A DNA stretch of 64,000 bases, taken from the IMG/VR virus record IMGVR_UViG_3300028394_000043; one strand, given 5' to 3'. The DNA is from a virus (lineage: Duplodnaviria > Heunggongvirae > Uroviricota > Caudoviricetes). Below are positions 1 to 9,576 of the stretch, one piece after another. The first letter of the stretch is position 1, and each line of letters begins with the position of its first letter. Made by a program: the position numbers and the translations under genes. The notes beneath the pieces are model-generated. The model was not told where the DNA came from. It did no database searches and saw only the letters and a program-made list of their open reading frames with translations.

Positions 1-2
1 AA

Positions 3-2834
3 ACTTGTATTGCTAAGTATCCGTGTAGTATTACTTTACCAACACCCACACCAACTACACCGGCAGCATCTGCGACACCTTGTAATGTAACACCGACACC
101 AACACCAACTGTTAGTAAATTTTGTTCATCAGGTCAACCAGTAATTAATACTGTATTTAACACAACCGGAGACACTTTTGTGGTATATTTTACAACACAA
201 GGATGTTGTGATAACTTAACGGTTAGTTGGTCATCTAATAACGTGACTTGGAATAATAGTACCGCAGGTTGTGGTTCACCAAGAACTATAACTATTGCGA
301 ATTCGTCAAGTTATTCAATACTTTATTTTAGAATTACACAAATGTGTAATGGATGTAATTCATTAAACTCAAATGTGTTAACCGTTAATACCGTAACACC
401 AACTCCGACACCAACTCCTGGTACGACACCACCAGCAACTCCAACAAATACGCCTACACCAACTAAAACACCTACAAATACACCAACTAAAACACCTACA
501 CAAACACCTACACAAACTCCGTTAAGATATGGGGCGTTTATTGTACAATCTTGTTGTGACCCTTCAGTAACAGGTGTTGTATTATTACCTACAACAATTC
601 AAATTGGTACTACAATTTCAACTACAAGTAAATTATGTATGACTATTACAGGTAAAGCACCTAAAGGAGCTGTTGCGACATATACTTGGAATTCACAATC
701 ATTGTTTGATGGATGTGAGGATTGTCAACAACAATTTCCTTGTCAATTAACACCAACTCCGACACCAACTCAAACTGTTACACCAACATTAACATTGGAT
801 TATACCCCTTGTATTGAAATCACAACAGAATGTGGTACTCAAATTGCCACACCGGGAGAAATAATTAATGGTTATGTATCATATACATTTATATCTGCCG
901 AAGGATATTCAATTCTAATTTTTTGGCAAGACGGATATTGGATAGTGTATAATACTGAGACAGATGAAAAATGTTCTTATTTAAAAAGTTTTTCACAATA
1001 CCCAATTGGAACATCATCTGAATGGGAATCATCTACACCACCAACTAAAGGATGTACGTGTTTAGCTAAAGATACAGGATTCAACACAGTTTTCAGTTAT
1101 TGCCCAACACCAACTCCAACACCAACAAATACTCCATCACCAACACCTGCTGTTTGTGAAGGTAACTTAATTAAAAACCCTAATTTTGAAAATAATCTTG
1201 ATGGGTGGACTGTATCATCTAATAGTTGGGTTTGGAGTGATTTTTATGGTGGTAGTGCTAATTATGTTACTTCAGGTGGTTCAATATTCCAAAATCAATT
1301 AACTGTAGGGGCGACATATCAAATCACATTTACATTATATAATTACGCACCTTGTATTGAAAACGGTTACGTTGTAGTATTTGCGGGTAGTAACGAATCA
1401 AGTCAAATTAGTGATACCGGAGTAACATATCAAACAGTAACATTAGTTGCTGATGGACAAGCTATTGGGTTTATTGCCGATTATTCTTGTAATCAACCAA
1501 TTTCAGGATGTACTACTGAAATAGATTTTGAAACTGACAATGTTGATAAAGACCAAATAATCTCTGTATCATATGAGACTTGTTGTGGTAGTATTGTATC
1601 ATATAGTGGTTTTCCTGCTAACGAGACAATATCGTTATATGAGGATTGTGTTAGAATTGGTAGTGTCACAGGTACAAATATTAATAACATTATTTATCCT
1701 GGTAGTGGATGTAGTTGTAATTCAACAACAATTTATATTGATAATATTTGTGTTGTCGAAATTGCTGCACCATCACCAACACCTACGTCAACTAAAACAC
1801 CAACACCAACACCAACAGTAACTTCAACAGTTACACCTACGGTTACCTCAACAATTACACCTACACCAACACCAAGTGTTACTTTAGGTAGTACACCACC
1901 GGTGACACCGACAAATACACCAACACCAACAAAAACCGCAACACCAACAGTAACTCCGACAAAAACAACAACTCCGACACCAACAGTTACTTCAACGGTT
2001 ACACCAACGGTTACACCAACGGTTACACCAACGGGGACGGCAACAGGATGTATTGATTGTGGAATTACAGGGTATACATATATTATATCAGAACCAACAG
2101 GTATTATAGTACCTCAATGTTCGGTAATATATGTTGAATTAAATACTAAAAATATTTACTCATATAATAAAAATACAAATATTTCTACTTTATTACCTGT
2201 ACCTTCTTCATATATGGAGTATAACCCACAAGATATTGCACATACTAACACTAAATTGTGGGTACCTAGTGGAACAAATCTTATTGAATATAATATACAG
2301 TTAAGTCCTTTTTCGGCAACATATAATAGAACATTAACGGCATCTTATTATTTTGCAGCTGGATTATGTGCGATTGATGACACTACTTTAATATCGTCAA
2401 AAAATGGTGGAAGTAGTGAGGTAATTATTAGAATAACATTAAACCCTAATAATACAACAACAACAACTAATTTATTTTCATTACCATCCGGAAGATGGGT
2501 TTCGGGTGATATTATATACACAACAAATGGTAAAATAATTGTAACAACAGTTACCGTTCAAACAACTCCTTGGACATTTTGGATTTCTCAATACTCCTTT
2601 AATGGTACTTCTTGGGTATTAGAATTTGATAAAGTTATAACCTCTCAGGCCCCACAACCTTTTGGTTTGGCAACTATAGATGGAGGTATTTACATTTTTA
2701 GTGCTACAAATCTTAAACAAATTGGAACAACCTCCCCATATAACATAACTCAAGCTAATAATATTGGTAAAGAGATATCGGGAGCATCACAAGTACCAAG
2801 TTGTAGTAATGTAACATTTACAACACAACAATAA
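3..2834 (+). CDS. 5'-truncated Pro/Thr-rich multidomain virion fibre/adhesin-like protein (Cys-rich modules, CBM-like domain, C-terminal beta-propeller-like domain)
   Basis: The frame is open from position 3 (TCIAKYPCSITLPTPTPT...), upstream of the track's GTG at 180. It has several (PT)n/TVTP linkers, Cys-rich modules and a CBM4/9-like start NLIKNPNFENNLDGW. The C-terminal ~240 aa has propeller-like blades (QDIAHTNTKLWV, GDIIYTTNGKIIV, PFGLATIDGGIYIF). Confidence 0.7.
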   Translation, partial: TCIAKYPCSITLPTPTPTTPAASATPCNVTPTPTPTVSKFCSSGQPVINTVFNTTGDTFVVYFTTQGCCDNLTVSWSSNNVTWNNSTAGCGSPRTITIANSSSYSILYFRITQMCNGCNSLNSNVLTVNTVTPTPTPTPGTTPPATPTNTPTPTKTPTNTPTKTPTQTPTQTPLRYGAFIVQSCCDPSVTGVVLLPTTIQIGTTISTTSKLCMTITGKAPKGAVATYTWNSQSLFDGCEDCQQQFPCQLTPTPTPTQTVTPTLTLDYTPCIEITTECGTQIATPGEIINGYVSYTFISAEGYSILIFWQDGYWIVYNTETDEKCSYLKSFSQYPIGTSSEWESSTPPTKGCTCLAKDTGFNTVFSYCPTPTPTPTNTPSPTPAVCEGNLIKNPNFENNLDGWTVSSNSWVWSDFYGGSANYVTSGGSIFQNQLTVGATYQITFTLYNYAPCIENGYVVVFAGSNESSQISDTGVTYQTVTLVADGQAIGFIADYSCNQPISGCTTEIDFETDNVDKDQIISVSYETCCGSIVSYSGFPANETISLYEDCVRIGSVTGTNINNIIYPGSGCSCNSTTIYIDNICVVEIAAPSPTPTSTKTPTPTPTVTSTVTPTVTSTITPTPTPSVTLGSTPPVTPTNTPTPTKTATPTVTPTKTTTPTPTVTSTVTPTVTPTVTPTGTATGCIDCGITGYTYIISEPTGIIVPQCSVIYVELNTKNIYSYNKNTNISTLLPVPSSYMEYNPQDIAHTNTKLWVPSGTNLIEYNIQLSPFSATYNRTLTASYYFAAGLCAIDDTTLISSKNGGSSEVIIRITLNPNNTTTTTNLFSLPSGRWVSGDIIYTTNGKIIVTTVTVQTTPWTFWISQYSFNGTSWVLEFDKVITSQAPQPFGLATIDGGIYIFSATNLKQIGTTSPYNITQANNIGKEISGASQVPSCSNVTFTTQQ
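1993..2034 (+). repeat. Perfect 12-bp tandem repeat (CAACGGTTACAC x3.5) encoding TVTP units
   Basis: Three exact copies at 1993-2028 plus CAACGG at 2029-2034, inside a longer degenerate PT-coding tract. Confidence 0.95.
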
Positions 2835-2855
2835 ATAAATAAAAAAAATATAATT

Positions 2856-5138
2856 ATGCCATTTTCAACGTCATTTTGTTTAACAAACATAGGGAATTTA
2901 CCCTCAAATACAACATTAACATTTTATTCAAACGCTGATGGATATACGGTACCGTTTCAAACGACGGTACCTCTTTTTAGTGTAACGGGTAATAATTGCC
3001 CATTTACTTTAACCGGAGTTTATGATGGTACTACTATAATTAAAGTTCAAACCTCAACAGGTAATTGTTGTGCAGTTATTAATATAACACCAAACGACCC
3101 TTGTACATTTTGTAATTTAGGGTTTGATGCTTTCTCTGCAGCAACTATTGGAGAAATTGTCGCCGGAAATATAACGGGTAGTTGTAGTTCGAATATTACA
3201 GACTATTTAATTGAGTGGTATGATGTAACAAACGCTAACTCACCCGTATTAAAATTTACAAGTGGTAAAGGAAACGTTTTTCAATATATATTTACACATC
3301 CATTAGTAAATACAACAGCAATCCCCGCATTACCGGGGTTATATAAACCATTTTTAAGAAAAATTATTATTAATGGTATTGTTTATTCATACAATGGAGG
3401 TTCAGGAATGGTTCAAGCTAATTTAGATTGTTTTACAACAGTTTCAGTAAATGTTACACCATTAAATTGTAGTAATGGTACTGAAGTTGGGAATTTTTCA
3501 CATATGATTCAATTCTCAGGTGCATCTCAAGGTGTTCAACCAATACCTTTGAGTACGGTTTTCCAATTATCTGCCGATACAAAATATCTTGCTTGGAGAT
3601 TTTGGGGTTATGATATTGCGGATGAATTACAGTTTACTTATTATGGTTCTTATTATAATAACACACCAATTATTTTAGAATGGTTTGGAATTGGTAATAA
3701 TAATGTTGGTCCTAATTTATCAACAAACACTTTCCCTAAAACTACATCTACTTCTAGTTGGGGTGATGATGACCAAGGTGGGTATTATGGTAAAGTAACT
3801 TGTTTAACAGGGATTACTATAAGTAATAATGATTATATCGTTATTACTATAAAACCAAATATCTTAAATAGTAAAACAAATTTTAAATTAAAATTACAAT
3901 GTTTAACAACATTTAATTGTCAAACTTGTCTTGATAACTATTATAACACAGTTGGTTATAAAATTGTCCAAAGTTCAATAATATCAACACCAATGGGTTG
4001 TAATCAAAATAATATTCAATTTTCTTATAGTGGTTGTAGTACAAATAATGTGTCAAATAGCGACATCTATAAATATTTAAGTGTTCCTGGTACTACAACA
4101 CCATCCACTTTTTTTCCGGGGATGTTTACTGATAATGGATTAGGTGGTGGAAATTTAACATATTCATTAACTAAACAATCTTGTACACTAAACAATAGTG
4201 GTTTCAGTTTAATTTGTGCAACACCGGTAGATGGTAATATAATAACGTTTACTAAAAATAATTCCGGACCTGCCGGTAAAGGTAACATTAATATGTCTTT
4301 TTCAAATATTAACGATTTTAACGCATACTACAATTCATATAATCAAAGGTTATTGCAACTTGGAACTATATCTAATGACCCAACAAATATTAATTTTTAC
4401 AAAGGGGTTTATTTAACTACAACAAGGCCTAATAATCAAACAGACCAATGTGGTGATACAACAAATAGTATTACTTATCCAATACACTCATCGTCTGTAG
4501 TTACAACAGGATTTACTAGTAATATGTATACCCTAAACATTACAATGCCAACAATAACTAAACAAATATCATTTAGTAATTGTCAACTATATTGTGATAG
4601 TTATGTGGTGAGTTTTGTAACAGATATTAATCAACAATCGACAGGGTCAACAAATAATCTTACATATACTAATAATAAAGGTAATAGATATACTGAACCC
4701 TGTAATAGAATTTGGAGCATTGAATTATCAAACAACCCTTTAACCGGAGCAACTTTTGAAAATGGTGTACAGTATTCTAAATTCTCAAATGAAACAAAAC
4801 CGTTTTCCGCTAATACTAATGGGTCATATAGTTATATATCAAGTATGTCGGCAACAACTTGTAATTTTTCAAGATTTGTTCTACAACCTGGTTATCCAAA
4901 TAGTAATTTGGATTATTATGTACAACTAATGGCGTCATATCAAATAAAATTAAACAACCCGTTAAACGTAAATGATTTTATAATTCAGGCAACACCTCTA
5001 TCACAATCATTTTATAGTTCAACAATACCAGGATTTTATTCTTGGTCGGGGGTAATACCCAATCCAAATAGTGCTATTACTATTTATCAAAAAGTTAATG
5101 GTATTGGAACTGTATTAAATCCAAATTACTTTATATAA
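2856..5138 (+). CDS. Cys/Thr/Asn-rich probable virion structural protein (fibre/baseplate-associated)
   Basis: 760-aa ORF with beta-rich composition and many Cys, directly downstream of the fibre-like gene and followed by a terminator. No family recognised. Confidence 0.55.
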   Translation: MPFSTSFCLTNIGNLPSNTTLTFYSNADGYTVPFQTTVPLFSVTGNNCPFTLTGVYDGTTIIKVQTSTGNCCAVINITPNDPCTFCNLGFDAFSAATIGEIVAGNITGSCSSNITDYLIEWYDVTNANSPVLKFTSGKGNVFQYIFTHPLVNTTAIPALPGLYKPFLRKIIINGIVYSYNGGSGMVQANLDCFTTVSVNVTPLNCSNGTEVGNFSHMIQFSGASQGVQPIPLSTVFQLSADTKYLAWRFWGYDIADELQFTYYGSYYNNTPIILEWFGIGNNNVGPNLSTNTFPKTTSTSSWGDDDQGGYYGKVTCLTGITISNNDYIVITIKPNILNSKTNFKLKLQCLTTFNCQTCLDNYYNTVGYKIVQSSIISTPMGCNQNNIQFSYSGCSTNNVSNSDIYKYLSVPGTTTPSTFFPGMFTDNGLGGGNLTYSLTKQSCTLNNSGFSLICATPVDGNIITFTKNNSGPAGKGNINMSFSNINDFNAYYNSYNQRLLQLGTISNDPTNINFYKGVYLTTTRPNNQTDQCGDTTNSITYPIHSSSVVTTGFTSNMYTLNITMPTITKQISFSNCQLYCDSYVVSFVTDINQQSTGSTNNLTYTNNKGNRYTEPCNRIWSIELSNNPLTGATFENGVQYSKFSNETKPFSANTNGSYSYISSMSATTCNFSRFVLQPGYPNSNLDYYVQLMASYQIKLNNPLNVNDFIIQATPLSQSFYSSTIPGFYSWSGVIPNPNSAITIYQKVNGIGTVLNPNYFI

Positions 5139-5141
5139 TTT

Positions 5142-5169
5142 AAGAGACCTTCGGGTCTCTTTTTTTTTT
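5142..5169 (+). terminator. Rho-independent terminator with C(UUCG)G tetraloop
   Basis: AAGAGACC-TTCG-GGTCTCTT followed by a T run to 5169. Confidence 0.93.
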
Positions 5170-5172
5170 GTA

Positions 5173-5204
5173 TTTGACTTACCAAAAAATTTTCAATATA
5201 TTTA
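5173..5204 (+). promoter_or_regulatory. Host-RNAP-type promoter for polB
   Basis: TTGACT (5174-5179)-N17-TATATT (5197-5202). It can also be read as a Bacteroidota TTTG-N20-TAnnTTT(A). Confidence 0.7.
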
Positions 5205-5265
5205 TATAAACAAGACAAACCTGACTTATGTCGGAGCTAATATGTCATTCTAAAAAAATATATTT

Positions 5266-8055
5266 ATGGTAACACAAGAAGAAATTAAGGCATTCCTTGA
5301 AGGGAATGACCCCGAAGAGCACATAGTTGCTATCGAGTATGATTACGTCACCGACGCAATCTACAAAATCAAAGAAATCCCTGGTCAGGGAAAGATAATC
5401 AAAAAAGATACATTTACGGCATTTGCTTGGGTTGGAGACTTAAAAGATTTAAATTTTTATTCAAAATCTAAAGACCAACAAAGAGTTGCAATGAAAAAAC
5501 ACGGAATCATTATTGATAAGTTAGACACCAAAGGTAATGAAAGATTAGAAAAAGGTCTTAAATTTATGGTTAAATCAATGAAGGGTTATCGTTCACTTAT
5601 CCAATTCTTTAAAGAGGGTGGTGTAGACCCTTGGGGGGAAAAAACAAAAGGAAAACTAACCGTACTTCCACCCGTAGAACAATTCCTAATTTCAAGAGAG
5701 AAAAGATTATTTAAAGGGTATGAAGAATACAACGACATCACCCGACTCGGATTTGACTTGGAGACGACCGCTTTGGAACCAAAGGATGGTCGTATATTTA
5801 TGATTGGAATCAAGACCAATAAAGGATATCAAAAAGTTATTGAGTGTGCTGATGAGGACCAAGAACGAAGAGGTTTAGTTGAGTTCTTCAATATTATTGA
5901 TGAACTTAAACCATCAATCATTGGTGGATACAATTCAGCAAACTTTGACTGGTTTTGGATATTTGAGAGATGTAAAGCTCTTAACTTAGACATCAAAAAG
6001 ATTGCTAAATCCCTAAACCCGGCAAGACCTATCTCTCAAAAGGATGGTATGTTAAAACTTGCAAACGAGGTGGAAAGATTCTCACAAACTCAATTGTGGG
6101 GTTATAACATTATTGATATTATCCACTCAGTTCGTAGAGCTCAAGCAATCAACTCAAGTATTAAATCAGCAGGACTTAAATATATTACCCAATACATTAA
6201 GGCTGAGGCTCCCGACCGTGTTTATATTGACCATTTAGAGATTGGGCCGATGTACGCCAAAAAAGAGGAGTATTGGTTAAACGTTGAGAACGGAAAATAT
6301 AAGAGAGCGGATAATCCGGACTTTAACAATTTAGATACAAGATTTCCGGGTAAATACTTAAAGGTAACAGGAGATAATATTGTGGAGAGATATCTTGACG
6401 ATGACTTAGAGGAGACGTTAACGGTGGATGATGAATTCAATCAGGGAACGTTTCTATTAGCGTCAATGGTACCAACAACATATGAGAGAGTTTCTACAAT
6501 GGGAACAGCAACTCTATGGAGAATGATTATGTTGGCTTGGTCATTCAAAAACAATTTGGCAATACCTGCCAAAGAAGAGAAGACCGACTTCGTAGGAGGA
6601 CTTTCAAGACTACTTAAAGTGGGTTACTCTACCAATGTACTTAAACTTGACTACTCTTCTCTATACCCCTCTATTCAGCTGGTACACGATGTGTTCCCTG
6701 AGTGTGATGTTATGGGTGGAATGAAAGGAATGTTAACTTACTTCCGTAATGCTCGTATTATGTATAAAAACTTGGCATCGGAGTATAAGTCAATTGATTC
6801 TAAAAAATCACTTTCATACGATAGAAAACAATTACCATTAAAAATCTTCATTAACTCGATGTTTGGTGGGTTATCCGCTCCACACGTTTATGAGTGGGGT
6901 GAGATGAATAGTGGTGAAAGAATTACCTGTACCGGAAGACAATATCTTCGTCAGATGGTAAAGTACTTTGTTAAGAGAGGATACACACCTTTGGTACTTG
7001 ATACCGATGGGGTCAACTTTAGTTTACCTGAAGGTGGTGTTGATGATAGAGTTTATATCGGAAAAGGATTGAATTGGTTGGTTGAAGAAGGTAAAGAATA
7101 CAGAGGTTATTACGCCGACACCGCAGAATACAACGATTTGTTTATGAAAGGTGAGATGGGACTTGATTGTGACGGAACTTGGGATTCTTGTATTAATTTA
7201 AGTAGAAAAAATTACGCCACGATGGAATCCAATGGTAAAATTAAATTAACCGGAAACTCAATTAAGTCTAAAAAATTACCACTATACATTGAGGTGTTTT
7301 TAGATAAAGGAGTGAAGTTATTATTGGAAGGAAAAGGACAAGAATTTATTGAGTGGTATTTTGAATATCACCAAAGAATATACGACCAACAAATACCTTT
7401 AAAACAAATTGCTCAAAGAGCAAGAGTTAAATTGTCGGTGGAGGATTATAAAAAGAGATGTGGAATGAAAACTAAAGCTGGTTCATTAATGAGTAGAATG
7501 GCTCATATGGAATTGGCAATCAAACACAATTTAAAAGTATCATTAGGTGATGTGATTAGTTATGTTAATAATGGTGTTAAAGCATCTCACGGAGACGTAC
7601 AGAAAATAACTAAAAACAATTACACTAAAAAAGAATTGGATTTATTCACATCCGTTAATGGTGTTGAACCGGAAGATAAATCAACCTCAACAATACAACT
7701 TAATTGTTATATGTTAGACCAAACTGAGATTGAGAATAATCCTGATTTAACAGGTGACTACAATGTTGCGAGAGCAATCTCAACATTCAATAAGAAAGTT
7801 GAACCATTGTTGATTGTTTTTAACAAGGAATTAAGAGAAAGTTTGTTAATCGCTAATCCGGAAGATAGAGGATTCTTCACCAAAACTCAATGTGAATTAA
7901 TTGGGGGTATTCCAAATAAAGAGGCTGACCAAGACACAATTGAGGATTTATTAACGATAACCGATTTAGAGTTAAAGTTTTGGGATAGAGTTGGTGTTAG
8001 TTCAGAATACATTTATGATTTAGCAGAACCTGGTTGGGAAGAACACATTAATTAA
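5266..8055 (+). CDS. polB: Family B DNA polymerase with 3'-5' exonuclease
   Basis: ExoI FDLETT, ExoII GYNSANFD, motif A LDYSSLYPSI, motif B KIFINSMFG, motif C LDTDG. Confidence 0.97.
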   Translation: MVTQEEIKAFLEGNDPEEHIVAIEYDYVTDAIYKIKEIPGQGKIIKKDTFTAFAWVGDLKDLNFYSKSKDQQRVAMKKHGIIIDKLDTKGNERLEKGLKFMVKSMKGYRSLIQFFKEGGVDPWGEKTKGKLTVLPPVEQFLISREKRLFKGYEEYNDITRLGFDLETTALEPKDGRIFMIGIKTNKGYQKVIECADEDQERRGLVEFFNIIDELKPSIIGGYNSANFDWFWIFERCKALNLDIKKIAKSLNPARPISQKDGMLKLANEVERFSQTQLWGYNIIDIIHSVRRAQAINSSIKSAGLKYITQYIKAEAPDRVYIDHLEIGPMYAKKEEYWLNVENGKYKRADNPDFNNLDTRFPGKYLKVTGDNIVERYLDDDLEETLTVDDEFNQGTFLLASMVPTTYERVSTMGTATLWRMIMLAWSFKNNLAIPAKEEKTDFVGGLSRLLKVGYSTNVLKLDYSSLYPSIQLVHDVFPECDVMGGMKGMLTYFRNARIMYKNLASEYKSIDSKKSLSYDRKQLPLKIFINSMFGGLSAPHVYEWGEMNSGERITCTGRQYLRQMVKYFVKRGYTPLVLDTDGVNFSLPEGGVDDRVYIGKGLNWLVEEGKEYRGYYADTAEYNDLFMKGEMGLDCDGTWDSCINLSRKNYATMESNGKIKLTGNSIKSKKLPLYIEVFLDKGVKLLLEGKGQEFIEWYFEYHQRIYDQQIPLKQIAQRARVKLSVEDYKKRCGMKTKAGSLMSRMAHMELAIKHNLKVSLGDVISYVNNGVKASHGDVQKITKNNYTKKELDLFTSVNGVEPEDKSTSTIQLNCYMLDQTEIENNPDLTGDYNVARAISTFNKKVEPLLIVFNKELRESLLIANPEDRGFFTKTQCELIGGIPNKEADQDTIEDLLTITDLELKFWDRVGVSSEYIYDLAEPGWEEHIN

Positions 8056-8061
8056 AAACAG

Positions 8062-8091
8062 AAAAGGTGTCATATTCGACACCTTTTTTTT
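8062..8091. terminator. Bidirectional intrinsic terminator between convergent genes
   Basis: AAAAGGTGTC-ATATTC-GACACCTTTT with a T run downstream and an A-rich flank upstream. Confidence 0.9.
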
Positions 8092-8437
8092 ATTCTAATT
8101 TTAAACCATCTGAGGAAACTATGTACCAATTATCTTCTAACAGATAAAATTCAACACAAGCCCCTTTATCTATGAATATTTCATCATAGTATTCATCAAT
8201 TTTATTTTTTGTTGTGTTAATATAAACTTTGGTCAATGTTTTAATAATAATATGTTCCGTTGTATTACCATCTAAAGTAATTCTACATTCATCAATATCT
8301 TTTACTAAAATTAAAGATTCTCCTTTTGTTACATAATGAGATTCCCTAACAATTCGTTTAAGTTCAATTTCTCTAAGATTTGGTTCAAAATAATGTTTAT
8401 CTCCAAATGTTTTTTTATTTAAATGTGATTTTAACAT
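8090..8437 (-). CDS. Small hypothetical protein, probably virion-associated, coupled to the neck gene
   Basis: 115-aa ORF that starts 1 nt after the neck gene stop and ends at the terminator. It has a beta-rich C-terminus (KGACVEFYLLEDNWYIVSSDG). Confidence 0.7.
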   Translation of the reverse strand: MLKSHLNKKTFGDKHYFEPNLREIELKRIVRESHYVTKGESLILVKDIDECRITLDGNTTEHIIIKTLTKVYINTTKNKIDEYYDEIFIDKGACVEFYLLEDNWYIVSSDGLKLE

Positions 8438-8438
8438 A

Positions 8439-9551
8439 TTATATAACGTATATTTGTCTTGGCATTGCTCTAAACTTTAAACTAGTATTAAGGTCCGTAG
8501 CAATTTTAGCTTCACGTTCCATCATTTTATCGGGACGTAATCTTTCAAGTCTTAATTTTAATTCTTCTTCTAATTTTGATTTTTCATCTGCGGCCTCTGT
8601 TGCTAAAGATGCGTAATCCATAATTAATTCACTATCAGGAGTTTTAACGTTCCCACTAAATTTACCTCTAATTCTTGCTAATGTTTGTTTACAATAAGCG
8701 GTAAACCAACGACGAACCCATTGTTGTGAAGGGTTGTTTAACTCAATCCAATTTATTTCTTCAAAAGGAACATCTGATGGTAATGTTATAATATCCGGAT
8801 TTGCTTTAAGACATTTATCTCTATCTGCCGGTCCAACATCATAATACCAATACCACACTTTACCTCTTGTTAATGTTGCGTTACCAAAGTCAAATTTTCC
8901 ACCGGGAGTATTCATTAAATGTAACGCCTTTTTACCTTCAGGTAGAGCTGTAATTCTATATGTTAATTCTCCGGCAATAATTCTTCTTTGAATGTTAATC
9001 TCTTGCATTCTCAATAACATATCAAATGCTGGCATCATAAAAAATGAACCTGACATACCCATTTGAGAAAAACCTCCCGGTCCACCAAGACCACCGGCAC
9101 CTAAAGCACCAAACGTCCAAGGGTCAAATAACATATTATTAAGTTCTGCCGGTGTAAACCATAAAACTTCGTTAATTTCTCTATTTGCCGGTATTTCATA
9201 TATTTGTTGATTAGGGACTAATTGAATATAATCTTTTTTAAGTTCCCAATCACCACCGGCTTGTAATCCCACAATTTTGGAATATGCAAATGTATATCTC
9301 GTTTCAAAATCTAAACTTTTTGTTATGAATGCTTTTGATAATGATTGAGTATCTAAGTTAAGGTTGTATAATGAAGTCCATTGAGACTCAATTAACCAAT
9401 CTTGTACATACTGAGAATAATCACCAATAGAAAGTTCTAACAAACTATCCATCTGTTCATCTTCAAGTTCTACGGAACGAAGAGGAGCACCAAGTAAGTG
9501 TTTTATTCTTGTGTATAGAGCGGTTCTTTGTGGTTCTGCGATAACTGCCAT
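8439..9551 (-). CDS. Neck / head-tail adaptor protein (T4 gp13-like)
   Basis: The N-terminus RIKHLLGAPLRSVELEDEQMDSLL matches the gp13-type LGAP-x-x-x-VE pattern. A late-type motif lies upstream and gp14/gp15-like genes are nearby. Confidence 0.8.
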   Translation of the reverse strand: MAVIAEPQRTALYTRIKHLLGAPLRSVELEDEQMDSLLELSIGDYSQYVQDWLIESQWTSLYNLNLDTQSLSKAFITKSLDFETRYTFAYSKIVGLQAGGDWELKKDYIQLVPNQQIYEIPANREINEVLWFTPAELNNMLFDPWTFGALGAGGLGGPGGFSQMGMSGSFFMMPAFDMLLRMQEINIQRRIIAGELTYRITALPEGKKALHLMNTPGGKFDFGNATLTRGKVWYWYYDVGPADRDKCLKANPDIITLPSDVPFEEINWIELNNPSQQWVRRWFTAYCKQTLARIRGKFSGNVKTPDSELIMDYASLATEAADEKSKLEEELKLRLERLRPDKMMEREAKIATDLNTSLKFRAMPRQIYVI

Positions 9552-9565
9552 AAGTTTCTTTTACT

Positions 9566-9573
9566 TATAAATA
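9566..9573 (-). promoter_or_regulatory. TATTTATA late-promoter-like motif upstream of the neck gene
   Basis: Reads TATTTATA on the minus strand, 14 nt before the ATG at 9551. Confidence 0.6.
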
Positions 9574-9576
9574 TCA

